DNA from: Yuukianura sp. NJ FZ-2021
Taxonomy: Eukaryota
NCBI GenBank assembly: GCA_046563655.1
Contig: CM102287.1
Span: forward strand, 6,262,001-6,326,000
Direction of reading: 5' to 3'
Length of the DNA: 64,000 nucleotides
In this document: positions 1 through 13,259 of the stretch, piece by piece
Layout: every line of letters begins with the position of its first letter
How positions within the stretch are numbered: position 1 is the stretch's first letter
Translations under genes and position numbers: made by a program
Notes under the pieces: model-generated
What the model was told of the DNA's origin: nothing
Seen by the model: the letters and a program-made list of their open reading frames with translations, nothing else
Databases searched by the model: none

Positions 1-147
1 CTAAGTTGACTTTGTCGATTAAGAGTAAATTTGACATCAATGTATAACATTAGAGTGCTTTCTGTTTATACTGTATAATATTGCCAATAAGCAAGACTTA
101 AGTCCTCCTTCGTTTTCTAAATCGTGATCCTATAACTCTAAAATTGA

Positions 148-1680
148 TTAAAATGTTGCTCCAACTGGATTATTCCTTGCAATGCTTTCGATGAAATCTG
201 CTGCTGCACATTGGCTTTTGGTGGATTGAATTCTTTTGGAAATAGATCTCATTCTTCTCTCCAAGAGGTCATCCGCCAGTAGTTGCTCAATGCTGCGAAG
301 GATTTCTTCCTCAGTAGCCTCGTATGGGTGCAAACGCAAACCCAGGCCAGTTTCGTGTATGCGTTGTGCATTATCTAAAGTTTTCCAAAAAAAAAAAAAT
401 GTCAAAAAAAATCAAAAACAACGTTTTAAAATTCAGGCAAAAGAGAAGCGAACCTAGTTGATCCCAAAGATGCCCTAGAACTAGCATCCGCTTGCCATAG
501 TAGAAGGATTCTGTCACAGTGTTGTTTCCCCCGTGGGTAATCACAAGGTCAACCAATGGCAGTACTCTCGTCTGGGGAACGTTATTTGCACCCCACATGT
601 TGTCAGCAAGTTCAAGTTCATCTCCCAGAGGTCCTAAAATTATACAAACTTATTAAAATAAGTTTACAAAATTTCGTAGTATGACTTTTATGAAATGTAC
701 CTTTCGAGACAATGAATCTGTTTGGAGACTTTGCAAGTATTTTGATGAGTCTCTTCATGAGGTCAATGTCTGCTGATCCAATTGTACCCATAGAGAAATA
801 CACAAGTTTTGCCTGCCCTGTCTTTAGCTTTTCAGGCACTTCGAAATGCTCTTCAGTACTTCTGATAAAAGTATCGAAGCGATGCCAATTCGGTGGATTT
901 GGGCGTAACGAAGTGTAATCAAGTTCAAATGGGTACATGTAGATGTTACCCCACTCGGATGGTTTGAAAAGGAAAGGATAGGAAAAATCGTCTGTTGGCC
1001 CGCCATTTTCGATCGTCCATTTTTTGACGTCTTGAATAAAATTACGATAAACTTTGTTGGCTTCATCCTCATAAATTTTCCAAAGACTGCGGTCACTATC
1101 TGTTCCATATCCAGACTGCGGCGGTGGGACATTTAACCCGGAGAGTCCAATGGGGTTGTGAGAAATGCAATGGATCCATGGAGTTCCTAACGCAAAAACG
1201 TTGCTGACAATCAAATATTTTCTGATTTGCTTTTCAGCTTTTATTGAATTTACCACTGTTCATTAAAGATGGCACATGTATAAGTTGATCAGTAATTACA
1301 ACGTCCGGTTTCACTTTGTCCATGATTTCTTTGTACCTTCGATGTTGGTTTTTGTTTTGTGTAAATACTTCCTCCCAAATTTCAAGATGCAACGCTTCAT
1401 GGCGCTCAATTGGCGGTAACCGAGCCGCCGCACCGGATTTAGCCAAAAGTTTTGCGAATTCGTCGCCGCCACTTTCGTTTTGCTTTCCTTCGTTTGATGC
1501 AGGCGCCTCCAACAATTCTTCACTGAAGCCAAGCGCTTCCAGTTTGCCTTTCCAGTTTATGGGTGTTGCAAATACGACTTTGTGTTGCCTATTACGTAAC
1601 TGTTCGGCTAACCCTATGCAGGCATTAACATGACCTACAGCGTCCATAGGAGCAAACAGGAACGTGTAACACTTCGGCAT
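148..1680 (-). CDS. UDP-glycosyltransferase (GT1, cytosolic bacterial MGT-like/mite-type), copy 1; exons 1680-1254, 1186-701, 633-454, 374-148
   Basis: N-terminal GHVNACIGLA catalytic-His motif; VYFSMGT; UGT signature VPQTRVLPLVDLVITHGGNNTVTESFYYG...WDQLDNA; three GT-AG introns join the ORF pieces in frame; no signal peptide or C-terminal TM. Confidence 0.93.
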
Positions 1681-2787
1681 GATTTCTAAAATTAATACCT
1701 AATTGCTGAAGCTTGTATACTTCACAGGAAAATTAGGTTTAAACTTTTCCGCAAACAATTTTAATAGTACTAAAGTTGTCGCCTGGATTACTTTTTACTA
1801 ATGTGGCCATGCGTGCTGTTTTTAAGCAGAACGATTTTTTCTCACCCAAAAAAAAACTGTTTGTTTAATAGTGTTATTAGATAAAACATATCAAAGCACG
1901 AAAGGATGAAAAATTGTAAACTTGTTATCGTAAGTGCAGGTTATCGAGCGTGTACTTTTCTAAAACTCAATATTGACTTGCGGAGTTTCTGTCAAAACCC
2001 ACATTTTTTAAAACTACACGATTATGTTTTAGATCGAAATGGATCTATTGAAAAGAAGAAAAACGCGTTCTACTGTCCTTGTTTCTTCGAAACTTCCATA
2101 AATTGCATGCATTTGGGCGGAGGAGCGTGTGTCATGAAATAATTAAAACTTTAAATTAAAACTTTTACGATCTAAAGTTGCTAGCCTTGTCAACTCTTAA
2201 AAAAATGAAGGGCATGGCATGGATTTGTGTTAAATCAGAAAATTGAACGTCTTCCGCGCTTCACTTTTTTAAGTGCGATTATCTGTACACAAGGAAAATG
2301 ATAGCAGAATTTGTTTAATACGGTGTGCAATGTTTTTGCTGTTTACACAGCATCAAAAGTAAAGGTTTGCAATTCCCAAAAACTCAGAGGTGTAACAGAT
2401 TAGCGAAAGTGACATTTTAATATTTTTTTAATGTGTTTTGAAGTTTTTTTTTATGTGTCTTGGGCTTTGATGAGCATAAGTACGTCAATAACTGGTTACA
2501 ACGAACTACGTATAACATAAGTTGTAAATATTTTCTTTCATTTTTTTAAACTGTGTTCAGCGATGGTACAAAGAAAAACATGAAGTAAAATTATGAATTA
2601 TGTATACAAGATCATAAGGCGACATACGTAATCGCCGAATTGTCTGTTTGGGATCATTTTTGTCAGTACTACATAATAGAAAAGTGACGTATCTGTTTGC
2701 ATAATTCTGTCCGACATTATGCTTTCAAGTGTTTTTCTGTGTACTGTTTGCATTTGCAAGTCATTCTGAAAGAAAATTGGAAGTGGT

Positions 2788-4369
2788 TTAGGATCTTGTT
2801 CCAACTCGGTTATTCGCTGCGACGTTTTCTATGAAATCGGCTGCTGCAGATTGGCTTCTTGTTGATTGAATTCTTTTGGAAATAGATTTCATTCGTTTCT
2901 CTAGCAGATCGTCACCCAATAGCTGCTCAATGCTGCTCAGCAATTCTTTCTCTGTAGCCTCGTAGGGATGTAGTCGTAATCCAAGACCAGTTTCGTGTAT
3001 GCGCTGGGCATTATCTAAAGTTTCAAAAAAATGTTCTTCTTTTTGTCATGCTAAAAGTCCTTTAGCTAAATAATTTGGAGTTTTTCATTTTCATTTGAAA
3101 ACTCGCCTAGTTGATCCCACAGATGCCCTAGAACTAGCATCCGTTTGCCAAAGTAAAATGATTCTGTCACAGTGTTGTTCCCCCCATGGGTAATCACAAG
3201 GTCAACCAATGGCAGTACTGTCGTCTGGGGAACGCTATTCTCTCCCCACATATTGTCAGCCAGTTCAAGTTCATCCCCCAGGGGTCCTAAAATGTATTCA
3301 AAGTTATCAAAATCAATTATAATTTGATTTTATGAAATTTTAAGATACCTTTTGACACAATGAATCTGTTTGGTGATTTGGCAAGTATTTTGATGAGTCT
3401 CTTCATGAGGTCAATGTCTGCTGATCCAATTGTACCCATGGAAAAGTACACAAGTTTCCCGTGACCTGTCTTCAGTTTCTCCGGTATTTCAAAACTTCCT
3501 TCAGTATTTCTTATGAAGGTGTCGAAGCGATACCAATTCGGTGGATTTGGACGTAAGTAGGTGTAATCCAATTCGAGTGGGTACATGTATAAGTTTCCCC
3601 AGGGGGAAGGTTTGACAAACCTAGGAAAGTTGCATTCAATTTCGGGCCCACCATTTTCAATACTCCAGTTTGAGACCTCCTGTGTATAATTGTAAAAAAC
3701 CTTGTTGACAACATTGTCGTAAATTTGCCAAAGGCTTCGATCGCTGTCTTCTGCATATCCAGAACACGGTGGAGGGACGTTGACCCTGGAAATACCAACG
3801 GGGTTGTAGGAAACGCAAAGCATCCATGGAGTTCCTATCAAGACCAGGTTAGCTTATACATTGTATTATTTAATTGAAAGTAACTAATTAGTAAATTATT
3901 TTCGATTTTTAAATTAACTTATATATTTACCACTATCCATTAACGCTGGTACATGAATAACTTGATCAACGATGACAAAGTCCGGTTTTACTTTTGCCAT
4001 GATTTCTTTGAGCCTTCGATGTTGATTTTTTGTTTTGTTAAAACTTTCTATCCAAAGTTCAAGATACAACTTTGCATAACGTTCAATTGGCGGTAGTTGA
4101 GCTGCAGCACTGGATTTAGCCACAATTTGTACAAACTTATCACCTTCATTTTGTTTTTGTATTGCTTCATTTTTTTCTTCCTGTGATTCTGGAGCGTCCA
4201 GCAATTCTTCAATGAAACCTAGTGGTTCCAGTTTGCCTTTCCAACTCATGTGTGTGGCAAATACGATTTTGTGTTGCCTATTTCGTAATTGTTCGGCTAA
4301 TCCTATGCATGCATTCATGTGTCCTGTGGCGTCAAGAGGAGCAAACAGAAACGTGTAATGGTCTGCCAT
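2788..4369 (-). CDS. UDP-glycosyltransferase copy 2; exons 4369-3931, 3834-3349, 3286-3107, 3014-2788
   Basis: Same motifs and intron positions as copy 1; intron 3 has a GC donor (G|gcgagt); ends AANNRVGTRS*. Confidence 0.92.
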
Positions 4370-5479
4370 GGTTTTTGAAATTATGAGGAATTGAATTGAA
4401 GGGATTGCTCAAAATTGACTTCTAATTGAACGAATGATTCCAAACTTTTTTTGCAATATGGTTGTTGTGAATTATGCACTACTGGGTAGCACTAAAGCAT
4501 TACTTGCTTTTTATAAGCAAAATAATTCTGGCAAAAAAAATACTTACGTTTTAGATAACAAAAATTGCGTCAAAGTCCAAGATCATTCTAAATCGTAAGG
4601 AAGAACTCATCAAGCTTAGCAAGACTGTATCTTTTAAATTTGTTACAGTGACGTGTAGAATTAAAGTTGTTGATGTGGCTATGCTAAGGTTGCACAAAAT
4701 ATCCTACCAGAATAGAATTAAAAAACAGGAAACTCGAAAAACACGATGCTGGTTTAGTTGAATCCAAATAAATAAAATCAATGCAGCTACGTATGTGTGG
4801 AGGGAGTTTGTCTCCTGAGGTTAGCTCCAACGTTAAAGAAAATAATTTACAATTTAATTTACCATCACAGTATTTTAGAACACATCGTCAACAAAAGTGA
4901 ATAAGACACTTTTAAATTAAAACCAACACATGAGTCTAAATGAAAAAATGTATGCAGTGTAATTAAAAAATTTTAAATTCTGTACGTTTTTTTAAACTGA
5001 ACTGCAGCAAGGCTTAAAAATTTGCAGGAGTTTTTAACAAGCGGAGCTTTCGTTTTTTCTTTCATGTGGACGATGAAGTTACTTTATTGAAAACTTGTAG
5101 GAAACCTTGGAGTTTCCTGGAAATTTTTTGTAGGTCTTTTTACATGAATAGTGAGCTAACTTTTGTCTCATTTACAATGCTATAAAAAGCATTTTGTAAT
5201 TTGAATCTCACAAAATCTGGTTATTGGCTCACGAGTATCTTTCCTGGAAAATAGCACCATTTCAAACAAGGAAAACTTGCTAAAAAATATTCCTTAAAAA
5301 TTCAAAGATATTTAAAACATATCATTTTATTTTTTGTTGTGGACGGACTGAATTGCACGTAACCAAATCTTTGACGTATTGAGTTTGCATTTACTTAATC
5401 TACGTCAGAGTAGATAACTTACTCGGATGATGTTGCTAATTTATTAATTCATCGTACTTTTAATTCAGAAATTATAAAA

Positions 5480-6110
5480 CAATATATACGATCCTGTTTG
5501 CGTCCGTGGCGTGGATGCAGTGGGACATATGAATGAATGTATAGGAATAGCAGAGCAATTAAAAAACCTTGCTCACAATCAGCAAGTTGTTTTTGCTCGC
5601 CAATATCCTGGAAAGAAACATTAGAATTTTATTTTAAAAAAAAACTTATATCCATTCTTTTTAATTGTGCATTCGCATCAATTTTTTAGCTTTTCGCAGA
5701 CGAGAGTGCTGCCGCCATTATTGGTTGATCTTGTCATTAATTACCCACAGGGGAACAATACTGTGACAGAGTCCTTTTACTTTAGCAAATGGACGCTGGG
5801 ATGAACTAGGTACACATTTCGAAAGAAATCTGTTTAATGTATGCTTACTTATTCATTAAAAGATATTCGTTGTTTGGAAAAAACGTTAGATAATGCCCAG
5901 TATTCGCGGTAACGAAACCGGACTTAGATTGCGTCTACATCCTTACGAGGCTACTGAAACCGAAATTTCTTGGAAATGAATTTCAGGGATGAATTTCTTG
6001 AAAAGAAATCTATTTCCAAAAGAATTCAATCCACCAAAAATCACTAGGTAGTAACAGACTTGATTGAAAAGTTTGAAAAAAAAATCACTCCACTGACGCA
6101 ACAAACTAGA
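5480..6110 (+). pseudogene. Degraded, inverted UGT pseudogene lacking exon 2 and most of exon 1
   Basis: Frameshifted remnants read DAVGHMNECIGIAEQLKN (~5515-5570), QTRVLP..LVDLVI..GNNTVTESFYF (~5700-5785) and DNAQ..ETGLRLRLHPYEATE (~5890-5960), with stops and deletions. Confidence 0.85.
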
Positions 6111-6467
6111 ATTTTATATTGTACTTCAATTAAAAGAACGTAAAATTAAACGTGCAAGCTTAATGTGCAATTAACAAACACTGGTACTGGGAATAAATTA
6201 AAAGGTATCTGCTGCTCATAAACTTGTTAATGCCAAAGGAATCGACCACGGTACTTACGATTTAGTTGAAAGCGTTTTTGAAGTGTAACAAATAAAACGT
6301 TCGGTTTTCAGAATTTTTTGTTTCGTAGTTTCATCGCTGAATGAGTCGTACACTCTCACCCTAGCGAGAAGGCTATGAGTACGATTCTCTGCCTAACTTT
6401 TAGTAACCTGCAAGTTGCCAATTTTTGCAAGGATTTTTCACTTTTGCAAAAACTCTTATGTCTCAAT

Positions 6468-8012
6468 AGAGAGTTACAGCAACTCACTTTATGGAAAATA
6501 TAGAATATAGAATATAGATATAGAATATGGAACGCTCCATATTCTATATTTTGCGATTATGGGAAATACAGAAAAGTTCTATAATTTCGGTTATGAAATA
6601 TAGAATACAGGAGGAAAAGCTCTCTGACTGGGAAAATTGAGACGCGCAGTTTAATTTTTAAAACAATAGGCTGGTTTTAAACGTATCGTTACTAAATGTC
6701 GCCATGTAGCTTCTTAAAATAAGCTGAAATGACAATGTCGCCGTAACCTAAGTCTCCTAAAGCAATGTCGCCAGTTGCATTTTCAATTGCAATGTTGCCA
6801 AGTGCAACGTTGCCAATTGCAATGTCGCCACTTGAAATGTCGCCATAACGTATGTCCATTTGAAATGTCGCCAATTGCAATGTCTCCACTTGAAATGTCG
6901 CCACTTGAAATGTCGCCATAACGTATGTCCATTTGAAATGTCGCCAATTGCAATGTCTCCACTTGAAATGTCGCCATAACGTATGTCCATTTGAAATGTC
7001 GCGACGACGACGTCGCCGCGACCGATTCGCTTATAGCAGTCGCCTTTATTAATGTCGCTAGCTTCAATGTCGCCGTAACCTATGGCACTAATTGCAATGC
7101 CGCCAAACGCAATACCAATTGCAATGTCGCCCACCGCAATACCAACTGCAATTGCGGCCAATCGCAATGTCGTCATATAAATGTCGCCATAACCTATCTC
7201 ACTAATTGTAACGTCGCCACAGATAATGTCGTCATACGTAATGTCGCCAATTTCAACGTCAGTCGCCCATGGCGACAACCTAAAACGATAATACCGCCGT
7301 AACCGATGTCGCCGCGTCAAATTTTACTAGTTTCAATGTCGCCATAACCTGTCACAAATTGCAATGTCGCCACCTAATGTCCTTAATTGCAATGCTGCTG
7401 AAACTCGTGTCGCCGGTTTCAGTGTCGCCAGTCACCCCTGTTGCAATTAACGAATGTTGTTGCTTGTGGCAAATAACTTAGGAATGTCGCCGATTCGAGT
7501 TAGTTGAAATGTCGCCGTGCGAATGTTGGAAAGATAAATGTTGTAAATTTGAATGTCGCCGTCAGAAGTTTTGTAAGATGTCGACATTTGTCACTACCAT
7601 GTTACAAAAAATATGTCGCCCGACAAATGTCGCCAAGTTATGAATGTCGCAAATGTCGTCAAATGGCAGAATTTTTGACACTTTCCCGCCGTAACAAGTT
7701 ACTTAACTATTTTCTAATTCCTTAAACTTTACGCTAGCATTTGGCGATAAATGACAATTTACGTGGCGACACTAATTTTGGCGACATATACCTTCGCGAC
7801 ATTTATTTTGCCCACTGTACCAATGCAGTCTACTTTCGTGGGTTTAAACAGGACTCAACCGTTTGAAATTCCTGTAACTTATATTTATAATTTTTTCGTG
7901 TAAATTATGCTGTAAGTGTAGGTGTTTCATATTTCAAAATATAGAATATGAATATAGAATCTATATTTTTATTCTATATTTCACTCTATATTTGAGTTTG
8001 CTGTAACTCTCT
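6468..8012. mobile_element. Non-autonomous TIR element (MITE-like) containing a nested repeat array
   Basis: Terminal inverted repeats agagagttacagcaa(a)ctca at 6468 and ending 8012; flanked by AAT on both sides (TA is an alternative reading); subterminal atatagaat repeats at both ends. Confidence 0.75.
6690..7820. repeat. AATGTCGCC-based degenerate repeat array, probably a nested non-autonomous element
   Basis: Dozens of (a)atgtcgcc units, with higher-order near-identical blocks at 6830-7000; units flip orientation (ggcgaca) near 7740-7800; ends in cccactgta. Confidence 0.8.
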
Positions 8013-8187
8013 AATCTCTCATCCCATGCTCACTCGTTCGACAGAAGAGAATCGTAGCTCGACGTTGGCAAATCGTGCAACAAATGATGAATTCGGAAAA
8101 CCAATCTAACGTCCGTATTTAGTCAAAAATGAGAAGCAAGGGGGTATAAAACCGGAGTCTTTAATTTCCAAAAGTCATACAGAAGCC

Positions 8188-9757
8188 ATGGAGCCACTCA
8201 GCACTCACTGTACAGCCACAGCGGCGGAATCGCTGAACATTTTAGCGGATTTTGCAATTGGCTTGTCAGTCTGTGCTGTTTTGGCTATCTGGTTTCACCT
8301 GATTTTCAGATACAGCTCTGCAATAATAAACAAAGTACTTGATCTCATTACAGTTTCATTCGAGGTCACAGGGGGCATGAACCTTTGTGGAGATCTTTAC
8401 GGGTATACCCTGGAATGGCTGTACGAAAATGTCGAAGACTGGAAACACTGCAGTATTAATGCTGACACTAACACTGATGAACACGGAAAAGTGACCACGG
8501 TGCTTCAGAAACCACCGGGATTTCAAAAGACTCCGCATTACTTCAAGTTCAACGGCGCCTGGATTCGTGTTCAGCGCAGGCGCTTGGGTGAAGTTGGAAT
8601 TATTAAGGACGAGACTCCAATTGAATCTGTGACTTTTCGAACTCTGTTCTGTCATGCCTCAGTTCTCGAGGTCATTCTGGACCAAATCCATTCCAAGTTT
8701 GAGGACGAAGAGCCCAACAAAACACTCACCAAGTACTACTACGCACGCGCAGGTAACAGATGTCGCTGGGAAGAAATGGAAAATGCCAAGAGGAAACGAC
8801 CGTTAAATTCGGTAATACTTGACGAAACTACGTTTGCGCGATTTGTGGATGATGTCAAGGAATTTCGTAACAGCGAAGACTGGTATCGTGATCGTGGAAT
8901 TCCCTATCGTCGTGGCTACTTGCTTTTTGGACCTCCAGGTATTTTCACAATTATTAAGAAAAAAAAATGTTCTTTTTTTTAAATATTTGAAAATCTGCGC
9001 TGAGATAGATGGGAAGGGAATCGCTCATCTAATCGATAATCTGTTACAGGAAACGGAAAGTCGTCTTTCGTGAAGGCTATTGCCGGAGAATTTAGGTAAT
9101 TTTTTTTTCGGTTTTTTAAACTTTCGTTTTTCGAAATTTTGATTTTGCAATATTTTATTCTATAGTTACAATATTTGCATTCTCTCGCTGACGTGCAAGG
9201 AACTGAACGATGACAGTTTGAACAGTTTGATGAACAGTACACCAGAGAATAGTATAATTTTGCTTGAGGATATCGACGCAGCATTTCCTAGTCGCGATAC
9301 GGCTATGAACGAAGACGACAGCGACAAAAAGTTCAAGATAAACTTGAGGTCGCCAAAAGGAGAGGTCAGCTCAGGAAAGGTGACGTTGCGCGGACTTCTT
9401 AATGCCATGGACGGAGTAGCTTCAACAGAAGGACGCATCATATTTCTCACAACCAATTATGTGGAAAGACTTGACCCAGCTATGACACGTCCAGGACGTG
9501 TGGACATGAAGGTTGCTATTGCACTTCCAACGGAGAATCAAATCGAAAGAATGTTTGTTCGGTTCTATCCGGAAGCTTCAGAGTGCAATAGAACCGAATT
9601 TGTCAAAGCGATTCTTGGACTCAGTCAACCCGTGAGCATGGCCATGATTCAGTGTCTGTTTATGCTTCATAAACGAAGTCCACCCGAGGTCATGACCTGT
9701 GCTGCTGCATCCTACTTTGAAGAACAGTTCTTTTCTCTTGTACCAAATATTAGCTAA
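8188..9757 (+). CDS. BCS1: BCS1-like mitochondrial AAA ATPase; exons 8188-8938, 9050-9095, 9166-9757
   Basis: [25 protein letters not shown] Walker A across intron 1, IILLEDID Walker B, TTNYVERLDPAMTRPGRVD SRH, N-terminal hydrophobic segment; TATA-like tataaaa ~40 bp upstream. Confidence 0.9.
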
Positions 9758-9852
9758 ACTTCACCCATTGCGTAGTAAACGCACCTAAAAAGGACTGAAA
9801 ATAAATCACATTAAATAATACACATAATTTTTATTACACTCATGAATACATT

Positions 9853-12800
9853 TTAATGGGTAACTGAGAACGGACTAACTTTTGTATTTTTGTTAGTTTT
9901 TACAAACTTAAGTGTGATTTTGGTTTTGTTTCTTATTGCTTTCCAAAATCCGAAACTTTCGGCGTGTGTGAATGTTTCCACTTTTGTTTTCCCTGTAATT
10001 CTCCATCTTTTGTGAATTTGCACTTTGTAACAGTACGCTAGAAGATGAGGTTTAAGTATTTCAGACATGCAGACAATTGATGCAAAAGCGACTAAAATGC
10101 AGTATAATCTAAAAAAGGCTGTGAGTGTTCTTAGGTTCAGATACGATAGCTTCTCATTTTGTATTCGTAGCGCTTCAAATTTCTTCTTTTCAAGTGGTCT
10201 GTTGATTAGCCACAACTGGAAAGCTTCCCAGTACATAACAAGACCGGAATTGCCTAATCCTTGTATTTTCGGTTTCCAGAATTCTTTCTCCAGTTCCTCA
10301 CGGAAAATAAAAACGTAGTTGAACTTTTGTAGTCGCAGTGATTTTGGAACAGTGTAAATATAACGGTTCGTATACCCCAACTCCTCCACCCTCTAAAAGT
10401 AATAAAATACGTGTTTTATTAAAAAATATATTCGTGACCTTACGGTATTACGTATTCTTCTCCTTGAGTAAATACACCTTACATCTTTCAAATGTTCAAG
10501 CGCGCGCAAATGGGAAGTTGGATCAGTTTGAAATACTGCTCCAGTACATTCTAAGAATTTGTCCGGTTCATCGATTGTCGCGTCTAGCGAAATTTGTGAC
10601 AGTAATTGGTTCATCAGAGGACTTCGCCTGTTCAGGTTCGGATCTAAGCAGGTTTCGCTTAAAACGTATCTCTGGTGTCGCTCGTCAAGTTGAACTGGAA
10701 AAACCTTCCGTGGTATTTGCATATGAAATTCTGCTTTGAGAAGTTCCAGTTGAGTGGCGCCTTGAATAAAGGCATGATTGCACATGTCTGTTATAAACCG
10801 AATATTGTAGTAAGTCCTCGATCGAGGAATATCTGAGTCTGACGTTGAAGGTAGTGGTGACATGGTTGATGGTCGCTGGGTAGACCAAGAATGCGACGTA
10901 GCTGGTGTTGGCCCCTCTCGTAGTGTTGGCTGATCAGAAGGATTTGGCATGCCAATGACCAATCCGGAGGGCTGTGGGTTTGGAGTGATCAAAACTGAAG
11001 GATGTAGCGTTCCAGTGACCAAACCGAAAGGATTTGGCCTTGGAGTGATCAAACCCGAGGGATGTAGCGTTCCAGTGGCCAAACCAAAAGAATTTGGCTT
11101 TGGAGGGATGAAACCCGACGGATGTAGCGTTCCAGTGACCAAACCGAAAGGATTTGGCCTTGGAGTGTTCAAACCCGAGGGATGTAGCGTTCCAGTGACC
11201 AAACCGAAAGGATTTGACTTTGGAGGGATGAAACCCGAGTTGGGGGATATCAATTCAGGAAAAGGATTCAATGGGGCTAAGTGTGGTGGTGGTGGTAGAA
11301 TGACTGATTTCCGTATTGGTTTCTCGTTATTTTGAAGGAGTATTGGCACTTTATGGTCAGCAACAATATCATACGATTCTATTATTTCAGGTGGGACTGG
11401 TATCAGCAAATTTATTGTCAAATAACTTTTATATTCATTTGTAACGATGATGGGGATGAGTAGAGTAGGTGTAAACGCTACGACAAATGGAAACCAAGAC
11501 ATAAATTTTCTTGGATAATCGTAGCCTTGCTCAAAAATTAATGCCACGATTGGCTGAGTAATAGAACTTCGAGTGTTCAGTTTCCAGTTTGCAATAGCTG
11601 TTAAGAAAAAAGTTTTTTTACGGTAGAGTAAAAGACATTTTGTGTTTTATAGTATTATAGTCGGTGTAGCATATTATAATAAAAAATTATTCTAGATACA
11701 AAATTACAATAATAATAATTATTATTACCAGAAAAACAACCCACCGATGTGAGTATCGCTCCCAAGAAAATCCAAACCGGAAGTTCTAACGGACTGAGAA
11801 ATTCGTGAAAATGAATTCCGTCTTCTCTAATTTTTGCGCACCCAAGGAATGTATACTCCGCAGCAATGGAACCTGTAATGACGTCTACTGTCACTCGTCC
11901 CGGAACTACTTTCATGACACTCTGCTCCTCAATGTCAGTGAGGTGAAAATCCGTTCGTAGCCGATGGATATCCCGTCCCAGGTTGTTCACCCCAATGGAC
12001 CAGCTTAGAGAACAGTCTGGGTAACCAGTGATTCTTCCCTTGAGAAGTACTGGTAGAATAGATTTAGCAAAGACCCAACTGGGCACTTGAGTACTTTCCA
12101 AAGGAACTCCTACAGCAACTGTTTCCAGTAATTGTGTACAAAATAAGTTACTTCCAAGTTCGGTAGGACCAGCCTCAATTGCAGTCGTCATTTGGTGAAC
12201 GAGGGCAGCGTAAATTTGGGCATGCGTAGAAACGTTTGACTGTGTAAAGTTTATTGGCTCAAATGCAAGGGATTCTTTGGAATTCATCGGGGTAGTACAG
12301 TTCCGCGTGGTTAGAGAACCGATACGCGGTTGAATTTTTGCGCAAATGCTTTCCAAGGCCCACTTTTCAAAATTGTGAGAATAAATTATTGAAATAAGAA
12401 TATATTGTTTTCGCGTTTGAAAGACCCAGCCCGTGACCCTTGACTTTTTGAGCCAATAGTCCCGGAGATGAATGTAGGCAAAGTAGGTTACTCGAATTGG
12501 GTACTTGGTATAGTTCCAAGGCCATGGTTCGTACAATGGTTGACGTTCACCAAATCTTGACAGAAGTGTATCGAACAATGGACCACGTATGCCCATTATC
12601 CTGGTTTCAACCAAAAATTTCTCTTCCATTTCTGTCGTATCTTGAGATACTGGCGGGTTGTAAACAAGAATTGCTCCACTACCATCAAATTTCCGAAGTT
12701 TTGGCATGATGTAAAACGGCCTTAAAGGTGAACGAGGAGGCAAAGTATGATAAAGTCCCCTTGAAATTAACTCCAAGTCCTCTTGCGTTGGTTCTTGCAT

Positions 12801-12992
12801 GGTAACGAGGACAACTGGATGGTAAAATGGTTTACCGTCGAGGTCAGGGTCAGTGTGGTTTATGACAAGAACAGTGAAACAAGATTTGAATATGGAAACA
12901 CTGTGGCTAATTGGTTCTAATAGTGTATTACACCATTGACAAAAGGTCAACATTTGTAGGAGATGAACAACAAACTTCGCAATTGTAGACAT
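9853..12992 (-). CDS. Divergent ionotropic-receptor-like membrane protein; exons 12992-11729, 11597-10444, 10392-9853
   Basis: Signal-like N-terminus; FLSPLELPVWIFL (pre-M1/M1), ALIFEQG (M2-like), IIVTNEYKSYLT (M3-like), GNSGLVMYW and a final TM resemble IR/iGluR topology; splice sites join the three ORFs. Confidence 0.6.
10957..11240 (-). repeat. In-frame 60-bp tandem repeat (~4.5 copies, 20 aa unit)
   Basis: gatgtagcgttccagtg recurs every 60 bp at about 11001, 11061, 11121 and 11181; encodes PNPFGLVTGTLHPSG-type units. Confidence 0.95.
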
Positions 12993-13259
12993 CTTTTTAC
13001 TTCAAAAGACAGATGAGTTAAGTGAAGCTGTACAAGGCAACCACTGATGTGAGTTGACTTTCACAGCGTCTTTCACTTTCTAATCGCGTGAAATGCCAAA
13101 GCGTGACAAAATTCAATTCTTGACGGTAAAAATATTACTGTAAATATTTTATATATTTTATTTGAAATTGTTATGTAGACATGAAGGCCAAAGTCAAAGT
13201 ATAATTAATTACAATACTACACGCTATTTGCCCTGTATATCCAACAAAATGTTTATGTA

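Noticed and set aside
6692..7725. Repetitive ORFs (GDIAIG.., ATFQV.., WRHFK..) on both strands
   Set aside because: Open in several frames only because of the AATGTCGCC array inside a TIR element; no splice or promoter support
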